From an uncultured Planctomycetia bacterium (GTDB lineage Bacteria > Omnitrophota > Gorgyraeia > Tantalellales > Tantalellaceae): DNA of 64,000 nucleotides. The notes beneath the pieces are model-generated. The model ran no database searches and was not told the origin of the DNA. It saw nothing but the letters and a program-made list of their open reading frames with translations. Numbering within the stretch: position 1 is the first letter of the stretch; each line of letters opens with the position of its first letter. The DNA is taken from the NCBI GenBank assembly GCA_964409365.1, contig CAYPCX010000001.1, positions 684 through 64,683 on the forward strand. Direction: 5' to 3'. Shown in pieces: positions 49,085 through 58,543 of the stretch. A program made the position numbers and the translations under genes.

Positions 49085-50418
49085 AAAGAATTGTCATACC
49101 GGAAAGATTCCAAAGAGAATACCGGACCGAGCTTGCCCGGCTTTTCCGCGTCCGTATAAATCTTTTCTGTTACGTGGTCATAATAGCGTTTTTGTTTGAG
49201 CTTGTGCTCGCGATGACGATCTTCAAGGGGATATTGAGCATTAAGGACCTGCCGGGGATCGTCATAGGTATACTTTTTTCACTGGCGCTGCTTTTTACGG
49301 GGAGGTTCGCGAGAAAATCGCTTCGTTCCCAGAAAACGAGAGCGATAGTGTTCAGCCTGGTCCTTATAATGATATCCGTTCTTGCCGCGACGGCGCACCC
49401 TACGCTAATACCCCACCTGGGAGTAGCGCTGATCCTTTTGGCCGTATTCACGCCGGTCCTTTTAATGCCGTTCAGCTGGATAGAAGCGACCGCGCTGGGG
49501 CTTTTTGCCATAGCCAATTTCGCGTGGATATATCCCTTAGCGGGAACGTATATAACCTGGGAGATATTCGGGATAAACATCGGCATACTGGTCGAAGCCG
49601 TTTTCGTGATCGCCGTCGTGAAAAGGACACAGGAGATACTCAGAAAAAAGGATTTCGTTTCCCATAGAGAACTGCAGGAAAAAAGCGCCATAATGGCGAA
49701 AGAGCTGGAACTGGCCAAGAAGATCCACACGAGCCTTATCCCGCATTCGATAAAGAACGAACTGGCGGATATCGCCGTCACTTACAAGCCGATGCTCTAC
49801 ATGGGAGGGGATTACGCGAAATTCTCGTTCAAAGGCGGGGATAAGCTCGTGTTCGTCCTTACTGACATAACGGGGCACGGCGTCTCGGCGGCTCTTTTGG
49901 TGAACAGGGTGCACAGCGAGGTGGAGCGCCTGATCAGGGAGGACCTTTCGCCCGGCGAGATACTGAAAGCCCTGGACGAGTTCATAGACAGGGATTTCGG
50001 CCAAATGGGCATCTTTCTTACCGCGTTCTGCGGTATGCTGGATTTTTCCGGAAAGAAACTGGATTATTCCAATTACGGCCATCCCCCGCAGATACTGCTG
50101 CAGTCACGCGACAACGAAGTGGTGCTGATGAGGTCGCAGACCTTTCTCATGGGGATAGGGATGGACGACCAGGCCGTATATCACAACACCATGGAGTTCG
50201 AGCCGGGGGACAGGATCATACTTTTCACTGACGGCCTGATCGAGGCCAAGAACAAGGACCAGGAACTTTTCGGCCAAAAGCGGCTTGAAAGGTTCGCCAA
50301 GGATAATAAGGACCTGGACGTCACGGAGTTCAACAGCCGGCTGGCAGGCGACGTGGACGCATTCGAGAACGGCCAGCAGGGCGATGACATCTTCCTTCTG
50401 ACGATACAGACCAAGTGA
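49081..50418 (+). CDS. Membrane-anchored PP2C-type (SpoIIE/RsbU-like) serine phosphatase
   Basis: Five to six N-terminal TMs, then a PPM domain (GGDYAKF...VLTDITGHGVSAALL...FTDGLIEA...GDDIFLLTIQ). The ATG at 49081 overlaps the upstream stop; the ORF-track start at 49009 is rejected. Confidence 0.75.
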   Translation: MKRIVIPERFQREYRTELARLFRVRINLFCYVVIIAFLFELVLAMTIFKGILSIKDLPGIVIGILFSLALLFTGRFARKSLRSQKTRAIVFSLVLIMISVLAATAHPTLIPHLGVALILLAVFTPVLLMPFSWIEATALGLFAIANFAWIYPLAGTYITWEIFGINIGILVEAVFVIAVVKRTQEILRKKDFVSHRELQEKSAIMAKELELAKKIHTSLIPHSIKNELADIAVTYKPMLYMGGDYAKFSFKGGDKLVFVLTDITGHGVSAALLVNRVHSEVERLIREDLSPGEILKALDEFIDRDFGQMGIFLTAFCGMLDFSGKKLDYSNYGHPPQILLQSRDNEVVLMRSQTFLMGIGMDDQAVYHNTMEFEPGDRIILFTDGLIEAKNKDQELFGQKRLERFAKDNKDLDVTEFNSRLAGDVDAFENGQQGDDIFLLTIQTK

Positions 50419-51971
50419 AGATGAACCACAAGATAATTGTAGCGATTTTTTTTACGGCATATCTGTTCATCGGGGTATGCGCGGTCGGTGACTACGGCAT
50501 ATCATGGGACGATCCTATCACCAGGATCGCCGGTGTAGTGACGTATGAATATGTTTTCCGCGGCGAGGAGGCGCTTTTTTCCTTCAGCGACAGGTTCCAC
50601 GGAACGGCGTTCGAACTGCCGTTGTATGCGGTCGAAAAAGCGTTCAACCTGACAAGAGACCCCCGGCTTGTCTACCTCGCGAGGCATTTTATCACTTTTC
50701 TTTTGTTCTTCCTGGGCGTCATTTTCTTTTATAAGCTTTGCCGGGACAGGTTCCGGAGCTGGAAGATGGGACTTCTGGGAAGCCTTTTCCTGGTGCTAAG
50801 CCCGAGGATATTCGCGCATTCGTTCTATAACTCGAAGGATATAGCGTTCCTGGCGGTGTTCATCATAAGCGTGTACACGCTTATCAGGTTTTTGCGGAAG
50901 AAAAGCTTTTCCGCGGCGGTCTGCCACGCGCTGGCCTGCGCGTACCTGATAGATATCCGTGTCGCCGGGATCATGGTCCCGGTATTGACGGTGCTTTTCC
51001 TGGTCCTCGACGCGGCGGTCGCCGGGAAAGGGGATCTGAAGGCCAGAGATACGGTCTTGAGCTTTTTGGTGTACGCGGTATGTCTTACGGGGTTTACCGT
51101 GCTTTTCTGGCCTTTCCTCTGGAGGGATCCGGTCCGGAACTTTTTAGGGACGATAAGCCATATGAGCCGCTATCCCTGGCCGGGCACGGTCCTGTACCTG
51201 GGCCAGTACCTGAAAGCCACGGAACTTCCCTGGCATTATGTTCCCGTATGGATGGGTATTACTACGCCCGTAGTGTACATCGCGTGTTTCATCGCGGGAT
51301 GTTTCGCGACGGGCAGGTCTTTTTTCAGGACCCCGAGACAGTACTATACCGGGAATAAACTCGACCTCATATGTGTTTTGTGGTTCTTTGTCCCTATCGT
51401 GATGGTGATAGTGTTAAGGTCGGTCCTGTATGACGGATGGCGCCAGATGTTCTTTATATATCCCGCGTTCCTTATGATCGCCTTGGCCGGTCTTAAGGCC
51501 GTTTTTGAGTATGCCGGGACCGGCATTAGGGGCCTGGGGGGCAGGATCGCAAGGGCGGCTGTTATCCTGGCCGTAGCATCCGGCCTGGCTGTGACGGCCG
51601 TATCCATGATACAATACCATCCTTACCAGAACGTCTATTTTAACGGGTTGATGGATTTGGATAAGGAAAGTGCATTTAAGGATCTTGACCTGGATTACTG
51701 GGGCCTCTCTTACAGAAAAGGCCTGGAATATATCTTAAAGAACGATAAGGATGAGGCAATAAAGATCTGTGTTGCGAATCCGCCCGGCGTGTATAATGCC
51801 GACATCCTGCATTCGGATGAACGGAAAAGATTGCAGTATATGGAAAGGGCAAGCGGGGCAAAATACTTTTTGACCAATCACAGGTGGCACAGGGAAGAGT
51901 ATCCGTACGAGGAATATTATACGATCAAGCCCGGCGGGGTGAAGATCATGACGGTATATAAGACAGAATAG
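50415..51971 (+). CDS. Polytopic membrane protein, GT-C-like (PMT_2/ArnT-like) putative glycosyltransferase
   Basis: At least 11 TMs followed by a soluble C-terminal domain. Overlaps the phosphatase gene by 4 nt. The family assignment is tentative. Confidence 0.4.
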   Translation: MKMNHKIIVAIFFTAYLFIGVCAVGDYGISWDDPITRIAGVVTYEYVFRGEEALFSFSDRFHGTAFELPLYAVEKAFNLTRDPRLVYLARHFITFLLFFLGVIFFYKLCRDRFRSWKMGLLGSLFLVLSPRIFAHSFYNSKDIAFLAVFIISVYTLIRFLRKKSFSAAVCHALACAYLIDIRVAGIMVPVLTVLFLVLDAAVAGKGDLKARDTVLSFLVYAVCLTGFTVLFWPFLWRDPVRNFLGTISHMSRYPWPGTVLYLGQYLKATELPWHYVPVWMGITTPVVYIACFIAGCFATGRSFFRTPRQYYTGNKLDLICVLWFFVPIVMVIVLRSVLYDGWRQMFFIYPAFLMIALAGLKAVFEYAGTGIRGLGGRIARAAVILAVASGLAVTAVSMIQYHPYQNVYFNGLMDLDKESAFKDLDLDYWGLSYRKGLEYILKNDKDEAIKICVANPPGVYNADILHSDERKRLQYMERASGAKYFLTNHRWHREEYPYEEYYTIKPGGVKIMTVYKTE

Positions 51972-51982
51972 AGAGAGTTTAC

Positions 51983-52231
51983 ATGGCCGGTCATTATGTG
52001 TATATTGTAGAGTGTGCCAAAGGGACATATTATACAGGTTACACGAACGACCTGAAAAAGAGGGTTAGACTGCACAATAAGGGAAAGGGTGCGAAATATC
52101 TGAGGGGAAGGGCGCCCGTGAAACTGGTCTATTCTAAAAAATACAGGACACTCGGCTCTGCCCTGCGCGCCGAAGGGGAGATAAAAGGCTTTACCCGCGA
52201 GCAGAAAGAAAAACTCGTAACAGGAAAATGA
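51983..52231 (+). CDS. GIY-YIG nuclease superfamily small protein (UPF0213/YhbQ-like)
   Basis: HYVYIVECAKGTYYTGYTNDLKKRVRLHN is the GIY-YIG core. 82 aa. Confidence 0.75.
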   Translation: MAGHYVYIVECAKGTYYTGYTNDLKKRVRLHNKGKGAKYLRGRAPVKLVYSKKYRTLGSALRAEGEIKGFTREQKEKLVTGK

Positions 52232-52232
52232 C

Positions 52233-52625
52233 ATGGGAAAAAGGTTTGGCACGGCTATAAATTGTATCGATGGGCGGGTTCAAAGACCCGTAATGGAGTT
52301 CGTAATAGAAAAATTCGGGGTCGATCATGTCGATATGATAACCGAACCCGGCCCGGATAAGACCTTAAGCGAGAATAAAGCCTTCGATATCATCACCTCG
52401 GTAAAAAAACGCGTATCGATCTCTGTTGAAAAACACGGGTCGAAGAATATTATCATAGCGGGACACCATGATTGCGCCGCGAACCCGGCCACTGAAGAAG
52501 AACACCGCAGGCAGATCAGCCAGGCCGTGAAGAACATAAAGACATGGAATTTAGGGGTCGATGTCCACGGCGTGTGGGTGGATAAAGACTGGAAAGCTGT
52601 TTTACTGTCAGAAACGGAAGTGTGA
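52233..52625 (+). CDS. Hypothetical protein with CxDxR and HxDC motifs
   Basis: CIDGR and GHHDCAANP are reminiscent of beta-carbonic-anhydrase-like metal ligands, but the protein is only 130 aa. Function unknown. Confidence 0.35.
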   Translation: MGKRFGTAINCIDGRVQRPVMEFVIEKFGVDHVDMITEPGPDKTLSENKAFDIITSVKKRVSISVEKHGSKNIIIAGHHDCAANPATEEEHRRQISQAVKNIKTWNLGVDVHGVWVDKDWKAVLLSETEV

Positions 52626-52626
52626 A

Positions 52627-53670
52627 ATGGTGAAGAAACCGTCCAAGGAATACGAGGTCGGTGATAAGACCGTAGATAGCCTGATAGACGAGCTTGCCAA
52701 AAGATCAGGTTCCGCCGGGACCGAAAGCCTTTTGCGTGAAATCCTCACGACTGTCATCAAGCTGGGTCTGGAGTCCAGCGATAAAGGGGATCTCAAGCTT
52801 GCGAACAACACATTGAAGGAACTGAGGTATTCTTTCAAGATATTTTCTCCGTATAGGACCATCAAAAAGGTGGTGGTCTTCGGGTCGGCGAGGTCGAAAA
52901 AGGGATCGGCCGAATACAAAATGGCCGAGGAATTCACGAGGAAACTGACGGAGAAGGGTTACATGATCGTGACCGGGGGCGGTTCCGGTGTCATGGAGGC
53001 CGGCAATAAAGGAGCCGAACCCGGGAAAGAGTTCGCGTTGAATATCCGGCTTCCTTTCGAACAGGAATCCAATCCATATATAGACGAAAAAGATAAAATT
53101 ATCAATTTTAAATATTTTTTCACCAGAAAGCTGATCTTTATTAAAGAGACCGACGCGACCGCCCTTTTTCCGGGGGGATTCGGCACGCATGATGAAGGCT
53201 TCGAAATGCTCACCCTGATCCAGACCGGGAAATCCAGGCCCCGGCCCATAGTTTTAATGGAGCCGGAAGGTTCGACATACTGGACCGCGTGGAAGCGTTT
53301 TGTGAGTAGCCAGTTGGCCAAGAACGGATTTATTAAAAAAGAAGATTTCAACCTGTTTCGCATCGTAAAGAGCGTCGACGAAGCGGTTGAATATATAGAG
53401 GATTTCTATAAGATATACCACTCGATAAGGTATGTCTCGGGCCTGACCGTATTGAGGCTGAACAGGAATATCTCGGAGAGAACATTAAATTCTATAAATA
53501 CAGAATTTAAGGATATTTTGACGAGCGGCCGGATCGAGCTTTCTTCTCCGACAAAGGAAGAGGTCCAAAAAGGAGAATATCCCGACCTGCCCAGGCTCGT
53601 AATGAACTTCAACCTGCGCGATTACGGCAGGCTTCTCGAGATGATCCGGGTGATAAACAGGGATGAATAA
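52627..53670 (+). CDS. LOG-family (TIGR00730) protein with N- and C-terminal extensions (PpnN-like nucleotide 5'-monophosphate nucleosidase?)
   Basis: VVVFGSARS...IVTGGGSGVMEAGNKGA...PGGFGTHDEGFEMLT are LOG-family motifs. The ATG at 52627 is preferred over the ORF-track start at 52561. Confidence 0.6.
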   Translation: MVKKPSKEYEVGDKTVDSLIDELAKRSGSAGTESLLREILTTVIKLGLESSDKGDLKLANNTLKELRYSFKIFSPYRTIKKVVVFGSARSKKGSAEYKMAEEFTRKLTEKGYMIVTGGGSGVMEAGNKGAEPGKEFALNIRLPFEQESNPYIDEKDKIINFKYFFTRKLIFIKETDATALFPGGFGTHDEGFEMLTLIQTGKSRPRPIVLMEPEGSTYWTAWKRFVSSQLAKNGFIKKEDFNLFRIVKSVDEAVEYIEDFYKIYHSIRYVSGLTVLRLNRNISERTLNSINTEFKDILTSGRIELSSPTKEEVQKGEYPDLPRLVMNFNLRDYGRLLEMIRVINRDE

Positions 53671-53771
53671 AGATCCATGAAAAACGTTTTTGTAAGGACT
53701 TTCGAGCGAACATTGGTGTCACTGGCGCGAGATGATTTCAGAGTTGTTGAGAAAAATTCAGGAGGTTTAAT

Positions 53772-54308
53772 ATGATGCCGGCCGGTCCGTTGATGAAAGA
53801 ACACAGGCTTATAGAACGCATGATAAGGATAATGAAGACCGAACTGGAAAATACAAGAAAAGAGCAAGATATCGACCCGTTATTTGTTGATATTGTCGTG
53901 GATTTCATAAGGACGTATGCCGATAGATGTCATCACGGGAAAGAGGAGGATATTTTATTCAGGGACCTCGCGAAGAAGAAGTTGTCCGATGAGCATAAGA
54001 GGATCGTGAAAGAGCTTATAGAAGAGCATGAAATGGGCAGGAATAATGTAAAAAAGCTCATTGAAGCAAAAGAAAATTATGTCCAAGGCGATAAAGAGGC
54101 ATTAGAGGACATCGTAAAGAATATGGAGGCACTGGTCAAGTTCTATCCGATCCATATCGAAAAGGAGGATGAACACTTTTTTATCCCTTGCATGGATTAT
54201 TTTACAGATGAAGAAAAAGACACCATGTTAAAAGAGATGTGGGAATTTGATAAAAATATGATCCACGAGAAATATACTAAAGTAGTTGAAGAATACGAGG
54301 AAAAATAA
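53772..54308 (+). CDS. Hemerythrin-like (HHE cation-binding) domain protein
   Basis: MKEHRLIERMI...YADRCHHGKEEDILF...EEHEMGRN...YPIHIEKEDEHFF shows a His/Glu ligand pattern typical of hemerythrin-like domains. Confidence 0.65.
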   Translation: MMPAGPLMKEHRLIERMIRIMKTELENTRKEQDIDPLFVDIVVDFIRTYADRCHHGKEEDILFRDLAKKKLSDEHKRIVKELIEEHEMGRNNVKKLIEAKENYVQGDKEALEDIVKNMEALVKFYPIHIEKEDEHFFIPCMDYFTDEEKDTMLKEMWEFDKNMIHEKYTKVVEEYEEK

Positions 54309-54320
54309 AGGATACCGGAT

Positions 54321-54626
54321 ATGCAGGTCTTAGCGCTCAAGGAAATGGTTGGATACCAAGACGGATCTATTGTAAGCAAAGAGATAATAAAAAAGGAGTC
54401 AGGAACAGTGACGCTCTTCGCTTTTGATAAAGGGCAGGGATTGAGTGAGCACACGGCTCCTTTTAATGCTTTGGTTAACGTGCTTGATGGCGAGGCAGAG
54501 GTCAGAATAACAGGTAAGCCATTTGTGGTAAAAGCAGGAGAAATGATAATAATGCCTGCTAATGAACCTCATTCCATACAGGCAACAGAAAAATTTAAAA
54601 TGTTGTTAGTTCTGATTAAAAAATGA
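54321..54626 (+). CDS. Cupin-domain protein
   Basis: 101 aa. Small-barrel motifs G(x)5HxH-like (LSEHTAPFNALVNVLDGEAEV...IIMPANEPHSI). Confidence 0.55.
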   Translation: MQVLALKEMVGYQDGSIVSKEIIKKESGTVTLFAFDKGQGLSEHTAPFNALVNVLDGEAEVRITGKPFVVKAGEMIIMPANEPHSIQATEKFKMLLVLIKK

Positions 54627-55147
54627 GCAAGAAAGTGATGACGACAAAACAGCATTATCAATGTTCACGTTGCCGGAGAAAGGTCATAGAGGATAAGGTA
54701 TGTATTATCGACAACAAGCCGGTGTGCCTGACCTGCATTTACGGCAGATCAAAGCCGTTCAAGATCTACCCGATAGGTACGGTCCATAATAACCTTAAAC
54801 GGGCGGCATCCGGATTCGGGACCGCAGGAGAAAGGGGCGTATCCTGCATCGAACTTTTAGACTCTCAAAAACCGTTCATGTTCAAGGTGGAGGATGAGAG
54901 GTATTTAACCATTGTTTATTATCTGCATGAGGCCGATAAAGTGCGTTCCGTGTTCAGGAGGGGCTTGGACGGCAAAAAAGTAGGTGTCTTTGCTTCAAGG
55001 ACCCCTTACAGGTTGTCCAGGATAGCGATACAGGATGTCCGCCTGGTCGGGGTGGATGGGTCAAAGCTTTATGTGGAGGGGTTGGACGCTGTTAACGGCA
55101 GCCCTGTGCTGGATATAAAAATGAAATGGGGAGGTATAAGTGGATAA
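54623..55147 (+). CDS. TrmO/YaeB-like domain protein with N-terminal 4-Cys zinc ribbon
   Basis: C-terminal GVFASRTPYRLSRIAIQDVRLVGVDGSKLYVEGLDAVNGSPVLDIK matches the TsaA/TrmO beta-barrel signature. N-terminal CSRC...CLTC ribbon. Overlaps the cupin gene by 4 nt. Confidence 0.55.
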   Translation: MSKKVMTTKQHYQCSRCRRKVIEDKVCIIDNKPVCLTCIYGRSKPFKIYPIGTVHNNLKRAASGFGTAGERGVSCIELLDSQKPFMFKVEDERYLTIVYYLHEADKVRSVFRRGLDGKKVGVFASRTPYRLSRIAIQDVRLVGVDGSKLYVEGLDAVNGSPVLDIKMKWGGISG

Positions 55148-56486
55148 AAAAACGGATATTCTGATAGTGGGTGCGGGGCCTGCGGGGATGGTCAGCGCTG
55201 TAACGGCGCGAAAATATTATCCCGATAAAAAGATCGTGGTTTTAAAGAACATAGAGAACGGGGTTATACCTTGCGGAATACCCTATATGTTTTCAAGTTT
55301 ACAGGACCCCGAGGACAATAAACTGGGTACGGCACCTCTGGAAAAACTCGGGATCGAAGTTATACTGGACGAGGTGGTCAGGATAGACAGGGCGCGGAAA
55401 AAGGTCGAAGGAGGGTCGGGAATCGAATATTCTTATGAAAAGATAGTCCTTGCCTCAGGATCTCATCCCATTGTGCCGGGGATACCGGGAATAGACAAAA
55501 AAGGGATCTTCTCCGCTTACAAGGATATGAGTTACCTGAAACCGTCCATAGAAGAGATCAAAAAAGGCAAGAACGTGCTGATACTCGGGGGCGGTTTTAT
55601 AGGAGTGGAATTCGCGGACGAGATCTCAAAAATAACGGGGATGAAGGTCCATTTGGTGGAATTATTGCCCCACCTTTTGGCGCACTCGTTTGATAAAGAA
55701 TTTTCCGATTTGGTCGAAGAAAAATTGAGATCAAAAGGCGTCAATATTTTGCTGAATAAGTGCGTTGTTGAATTTCTGGGAAAAGAAAGGGTAGAAGCGG
55801 CTCGTTTTGAGAATGCTGAAGAGATAGCAGTCGACAGCGTTGTCCTGGGGATCGGCGCCGAACCCAACACGGATCTAGCCAGGGAGGCGGGACTGGATCT
55901 TGGCAAAGGGAAAGGTATATGGGTGGACGAGTACATGCGGACGGTCGATCCCGATATTTTCGCCGTGGGTGATTGCGCCGGAAAGAGAGATTTTTACACT
56001 CGCAAGGACGCGCCTGTTATGCTTGCGTCTACCGCGACCGCGGAGGCAAGGATAGCCGGGGCAAATCTGTATCAGCTTAAGGTCATAAGGGAGAACAAGG
56101 GCACGATCGCCATATATTCCACTTATGTTGATGGTTTGGCCATGGGATCGGCCGGCCTTACCGAAAACAGCGCGAAAAAAGAGGGGTTTGAGATAATAAC
56201 GGGAAGCACCGAAGGTGTCGACAAGCATCCCAAAAATCTCCCGGGTGTAAACAAGGTCAAGGTTAAATTGATCTTTTCCAAGCAGTCGGGGATACTTATG
56301 GGCGGCCAGGCGGCCGGCGGTATTTCGGCCGGAGAGACCATAAACGTTATAGGTCTTGCTATCCAGCAGAGGATATCAGTTACCGAACTTGAGACGCTGC
56401 AAATGGCCACGCATCCTTATTTAACGAGCGCGCCCACCATGTACCCGATAGTCCTGGCGGCGCAGGACGCTTCCGGTAAAATGTGA
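55140..56486 (+). CDS. FAD-dependent pyridine nucleotide-disulfide oxidoreductase (CoA-disulfide reductase / NADH oxidase family)
   Basis: ILIVGAGPAG...VIPCGIPY contains the redox-active Cys of the CoADR/Nox family. Has a second Rossmann fold and a C-terminal dimerisation domain. Confidence 0.75.
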   Translation: MDKKTDILIVGAGPAGMVSAVTARKYYPDKKIVVLKNIENGVIPCGIPYMFSSLQDPEDNKLGTAPLEKLGIEVILDEVVRIDRARKKVEGGSGIEYSYEKIVLASGSHPIVPGIPGIDKKGIFSAYKDMSYLKPSIEEIKKGKNVLILGGGFIGVEFADEISKITGMKVHLVELLPHLLAHSFDKEFSDLVEEKLRSKGVNILLNKCVVEFLGKERVEAARFENAEEIAVDSVVLGIGAEPNTDLAREAGLDLGKGKGIWVDEYMRTVDPDIFAVGDCAGKRDFYTRKDAPVMLASTATAEARIAGANLYQLKVIRENKGTIAIYSTYVDGLAMGSAGLTENSAKKEGFEIITGSTEGVDKHPKNLPGVNKVKVKLIFSKQSGILMGGQAAGGISAGETINVIGLAIQQRISVTELETLQMATHPYLTSAPTMYPIVLAAQDASGKM

Positions 56487-56703
56487 TCAGGGGCACAAGT
56501 TGCAAAAAAAGTTTTTATCCGGATCTTCGGCTGACCGTTGGTTACCCTCCTCCGCCTTCCGGTTCGTGCGCCGTGGCATGGCTGCGGAGGACAGGCACTG
56601 GCGCGGGATGATATTATGGTTGTTACGTAAACCGAATCAAGCTTAGGATAATGAGGGAAAGATAAGATGATCCTCGGATCGCTGAATTGCAAAAATTATT
56701 ATT

Positions 56704-56735
56704 GACACATATTCTTCAAGTGCTAAACTGATATC
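56704..56735 (+). promoter_or_regulatory. Sigma70-like promoter candidate (TTGACA, 16-17 nt, TAAACT) in the 630-bp non-coding region
   Basis: Consensus -35 hexamer with a reasonable -10. Upstream of the receiver-remnant / small ORF and the signalling cluster. Confidence 0.3.
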
Positions 56736-56902
56736 ATGTCTCAGATGGGGAGGGGAGATATGGTGCAGGTTTTTGTATGACTGGGGTATGATATGAAGGC
56801 AACTTCTTTAACGGAGAGGAGTTGTCTTTTTTATTTAATGAAGCAGGATATGCAAGAAAACATAATGGAGCAGGATAAGGGGTTCGGGTTTCTCCTGGAT
56901 AA

Positions 56903-57100
56903 AATAAGGAGGAACAGGACCCGGTGACAGGCTATAAAGTAGGCTGTAACAGCTATGTCCGCAAGCCGGTCGAATTCGATGCTTTCGTCAATACGGTAAA
57001 AAATGGAGCTATACTGGCTTTTCTTGAACGAACCGCCCATACTGGAGGATTGAGGGGAAAAGAGCGGATAGTTTTAAGTCATCCTGTATGTTATAGCTAA
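56903..57100 (+). pseudogene. Receiver-domain C-terminal remnant, or a 58-aa small ORF from GTG 56924
   Basis: Translates to ...VTGYKVGCNSYVRKPVEFDAFVNTVKNG, resembling the alpha4-beta5-alpha5 end of a CheY-like receiver, with no upstream receiver sequence in frame. AGGAGG at 56908 plus GTG at 56924 could alternatively make it a standalone mini-ORF. Confidence 0.3.
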
Positions 57101-57116
57101 ATGGACGGAGGTCTTA

Positions 57117-58520
57117 ATGGGTAAACATTTGCGCGTGCTGATCGTCGAGGACTCGGAAAACGACGCTTTACTGAACGTGAGAGAGCTGGAAAAGAACGGA
57201 TACGAGGTCTTTTTCAGGCGTGTCGATACGGCAAAAGACATGGAGAAAGCCCTGCGCAGCGAGAAGTGGGATGCCATTCTTTCGGACTACAAGATGCTCG
57301 TTTTCAGCGCGCCCGCGGCGCTGGAACTCATGCAAAAAAAAGACCTGGACATCCCGTTCATCGTCATATCCGGCGCGGTAGGAGAAGATATGGCGACGGA
57401 GGTCATGAAGAGCGGGGCCGATGATTTTTTCGCGAAAGATAATATGGGACGTCTCGTCCCGGCCATCGAGCGCGAAGTGCAGGACGCCGAGCACCGCCGC
57501 AAGAGCAAAGAGGCCGAGAGGAGGTACTCGGTCCTTTTCGAAAAGGCCGCGGAGGGTATCATGGGCGGCGATATAGAGACCAAAAGGCTGATGTTCGCGA
57601 ACCCCGCGATGTGTGTTATGCTGGGCTATACGGAAGAAGAGATGAAAAAACTCAGCGTGCCGGATATCCACCCGAAGGAAGCTCTGGAGCACGTGATATC
57701 CGAGTTCGAAGCCCAGGCAATGGGTGAGAAAACGCTGGCTGTAGACCTGCCTTTCCTGCGCAAGGACAGAAGCGTCTTTTATGCGGATGTAAATACCGTG
57801 AAAGTGGAACTTGAAGGAAAATACCTTAACGTGGCCTTTGTGACCGATGTGACCGAACGGAAGAAGTCGGAAGACCAGATACGCCACCTCAACAGGGTCC
57901 TCAAGGCTATACGCGGCGTCAACCAGCTCATAACGAGGGAAAGAGACCCGGCAAAGCTCATAACCGATGTTTCGAAACACCTCAGGAAAACCGGGGGATA
58001 CAAGAACGTCTGGATAGCCCTTTTTGGCGAAAACGGCGGCTTGATGTCATTCGCCGGAGAAGAGGTGGAAAAGGATTTTCCCGGGGTCAAAAGAACGCTC
58101 GAGGAAGGCGGGCGCCTGAAATGCCAGGAGATGGCCTTGGAAAAAAAAGGCCTCGTCGAGATAGAAAAATCTCTGGAGACCTGTCCGGGATGTCCCATGT
58201 CCAGGAAAGACGCGAGAATGACAGCTTTTTGTGCGCCCATAGCCGATGACGGGAGGACATTCGGGACGATAACGGTTTCGATCCCGAAAGAAGTGACGCC
58301 CAGCGAGGAAGAACAGGGCATCTTCCGGGAACTGGTGAGAGACCTGTCGTACGCGCTTTCAGCCATAGAAATAGAGAAAGGGGTGCAAAAAATGCAGGAA
58401 GAAAGGGAAAAACACCTGCACGATCTCGAAGTGTTCTACGAGTCCGCCATGGGCAGGGAGGAACGTGTACTGGAGCTTAAGAAAGAAATCGAGGAGTTGA
58501 AACGGAAATTGGGAGAGTAG
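57117..58520 (+). CDS. Response regulator: receiver + PAS + GAF-like domain + C-terminal coiled coil, no enzymatic output domain
   Basis: Receiver motifs (VLIVEDSEND...AILSDYKM...FIVISG), a PAS segment (YSVLFEKAAEGIMGG...), a GAF-like region and a terminal coiled coil (LHDLEVFYESAMGREERVLELKKEIEELKRKL). Confidence 0.75.
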   Translation: MGKHLRVLIVEDSENDALLNVRELEKNGYEVFFRRVDTAKDMEKALRSEKWDAILSDYKMLVFSAPAALELMQKKDLDIPFIVISGAVGEDMATEVMKSGADDFFAKDNMGRLVPAIEREVQDAEHRRKSKEAERRYSVLFEKAAEGIMGGDIETKRLMFANPAMCVMLGYTEEEMKKLSVPDIHPKEALEHVISEFEAQAMGEKTLAVDLPFLRKDRSVFYADVNTVKVELEGKYLNVAFVTDVTERKKSEDQIRHLNRVLKAIRGVNQLITRERDPAKLITDVSKHLRKTGGYKNVWIALFGENGGLMSFAGEEVEKDFPGVKRTLEEGGRLKCQEMALEKKGLVEIEKSLETCPGCPMSRKDARMTAFCAPIADDGRTFGTITVSIPKEVTPSEEEQGIFRELVRDLSYALSAIEIEKGVQKMQEEREKHLHDLEVFYESAMGREERVLELKKEIEELKRKLGE

Positions 58521-58543
58521 GGATCTAAGAATAGGAGAAGGGA

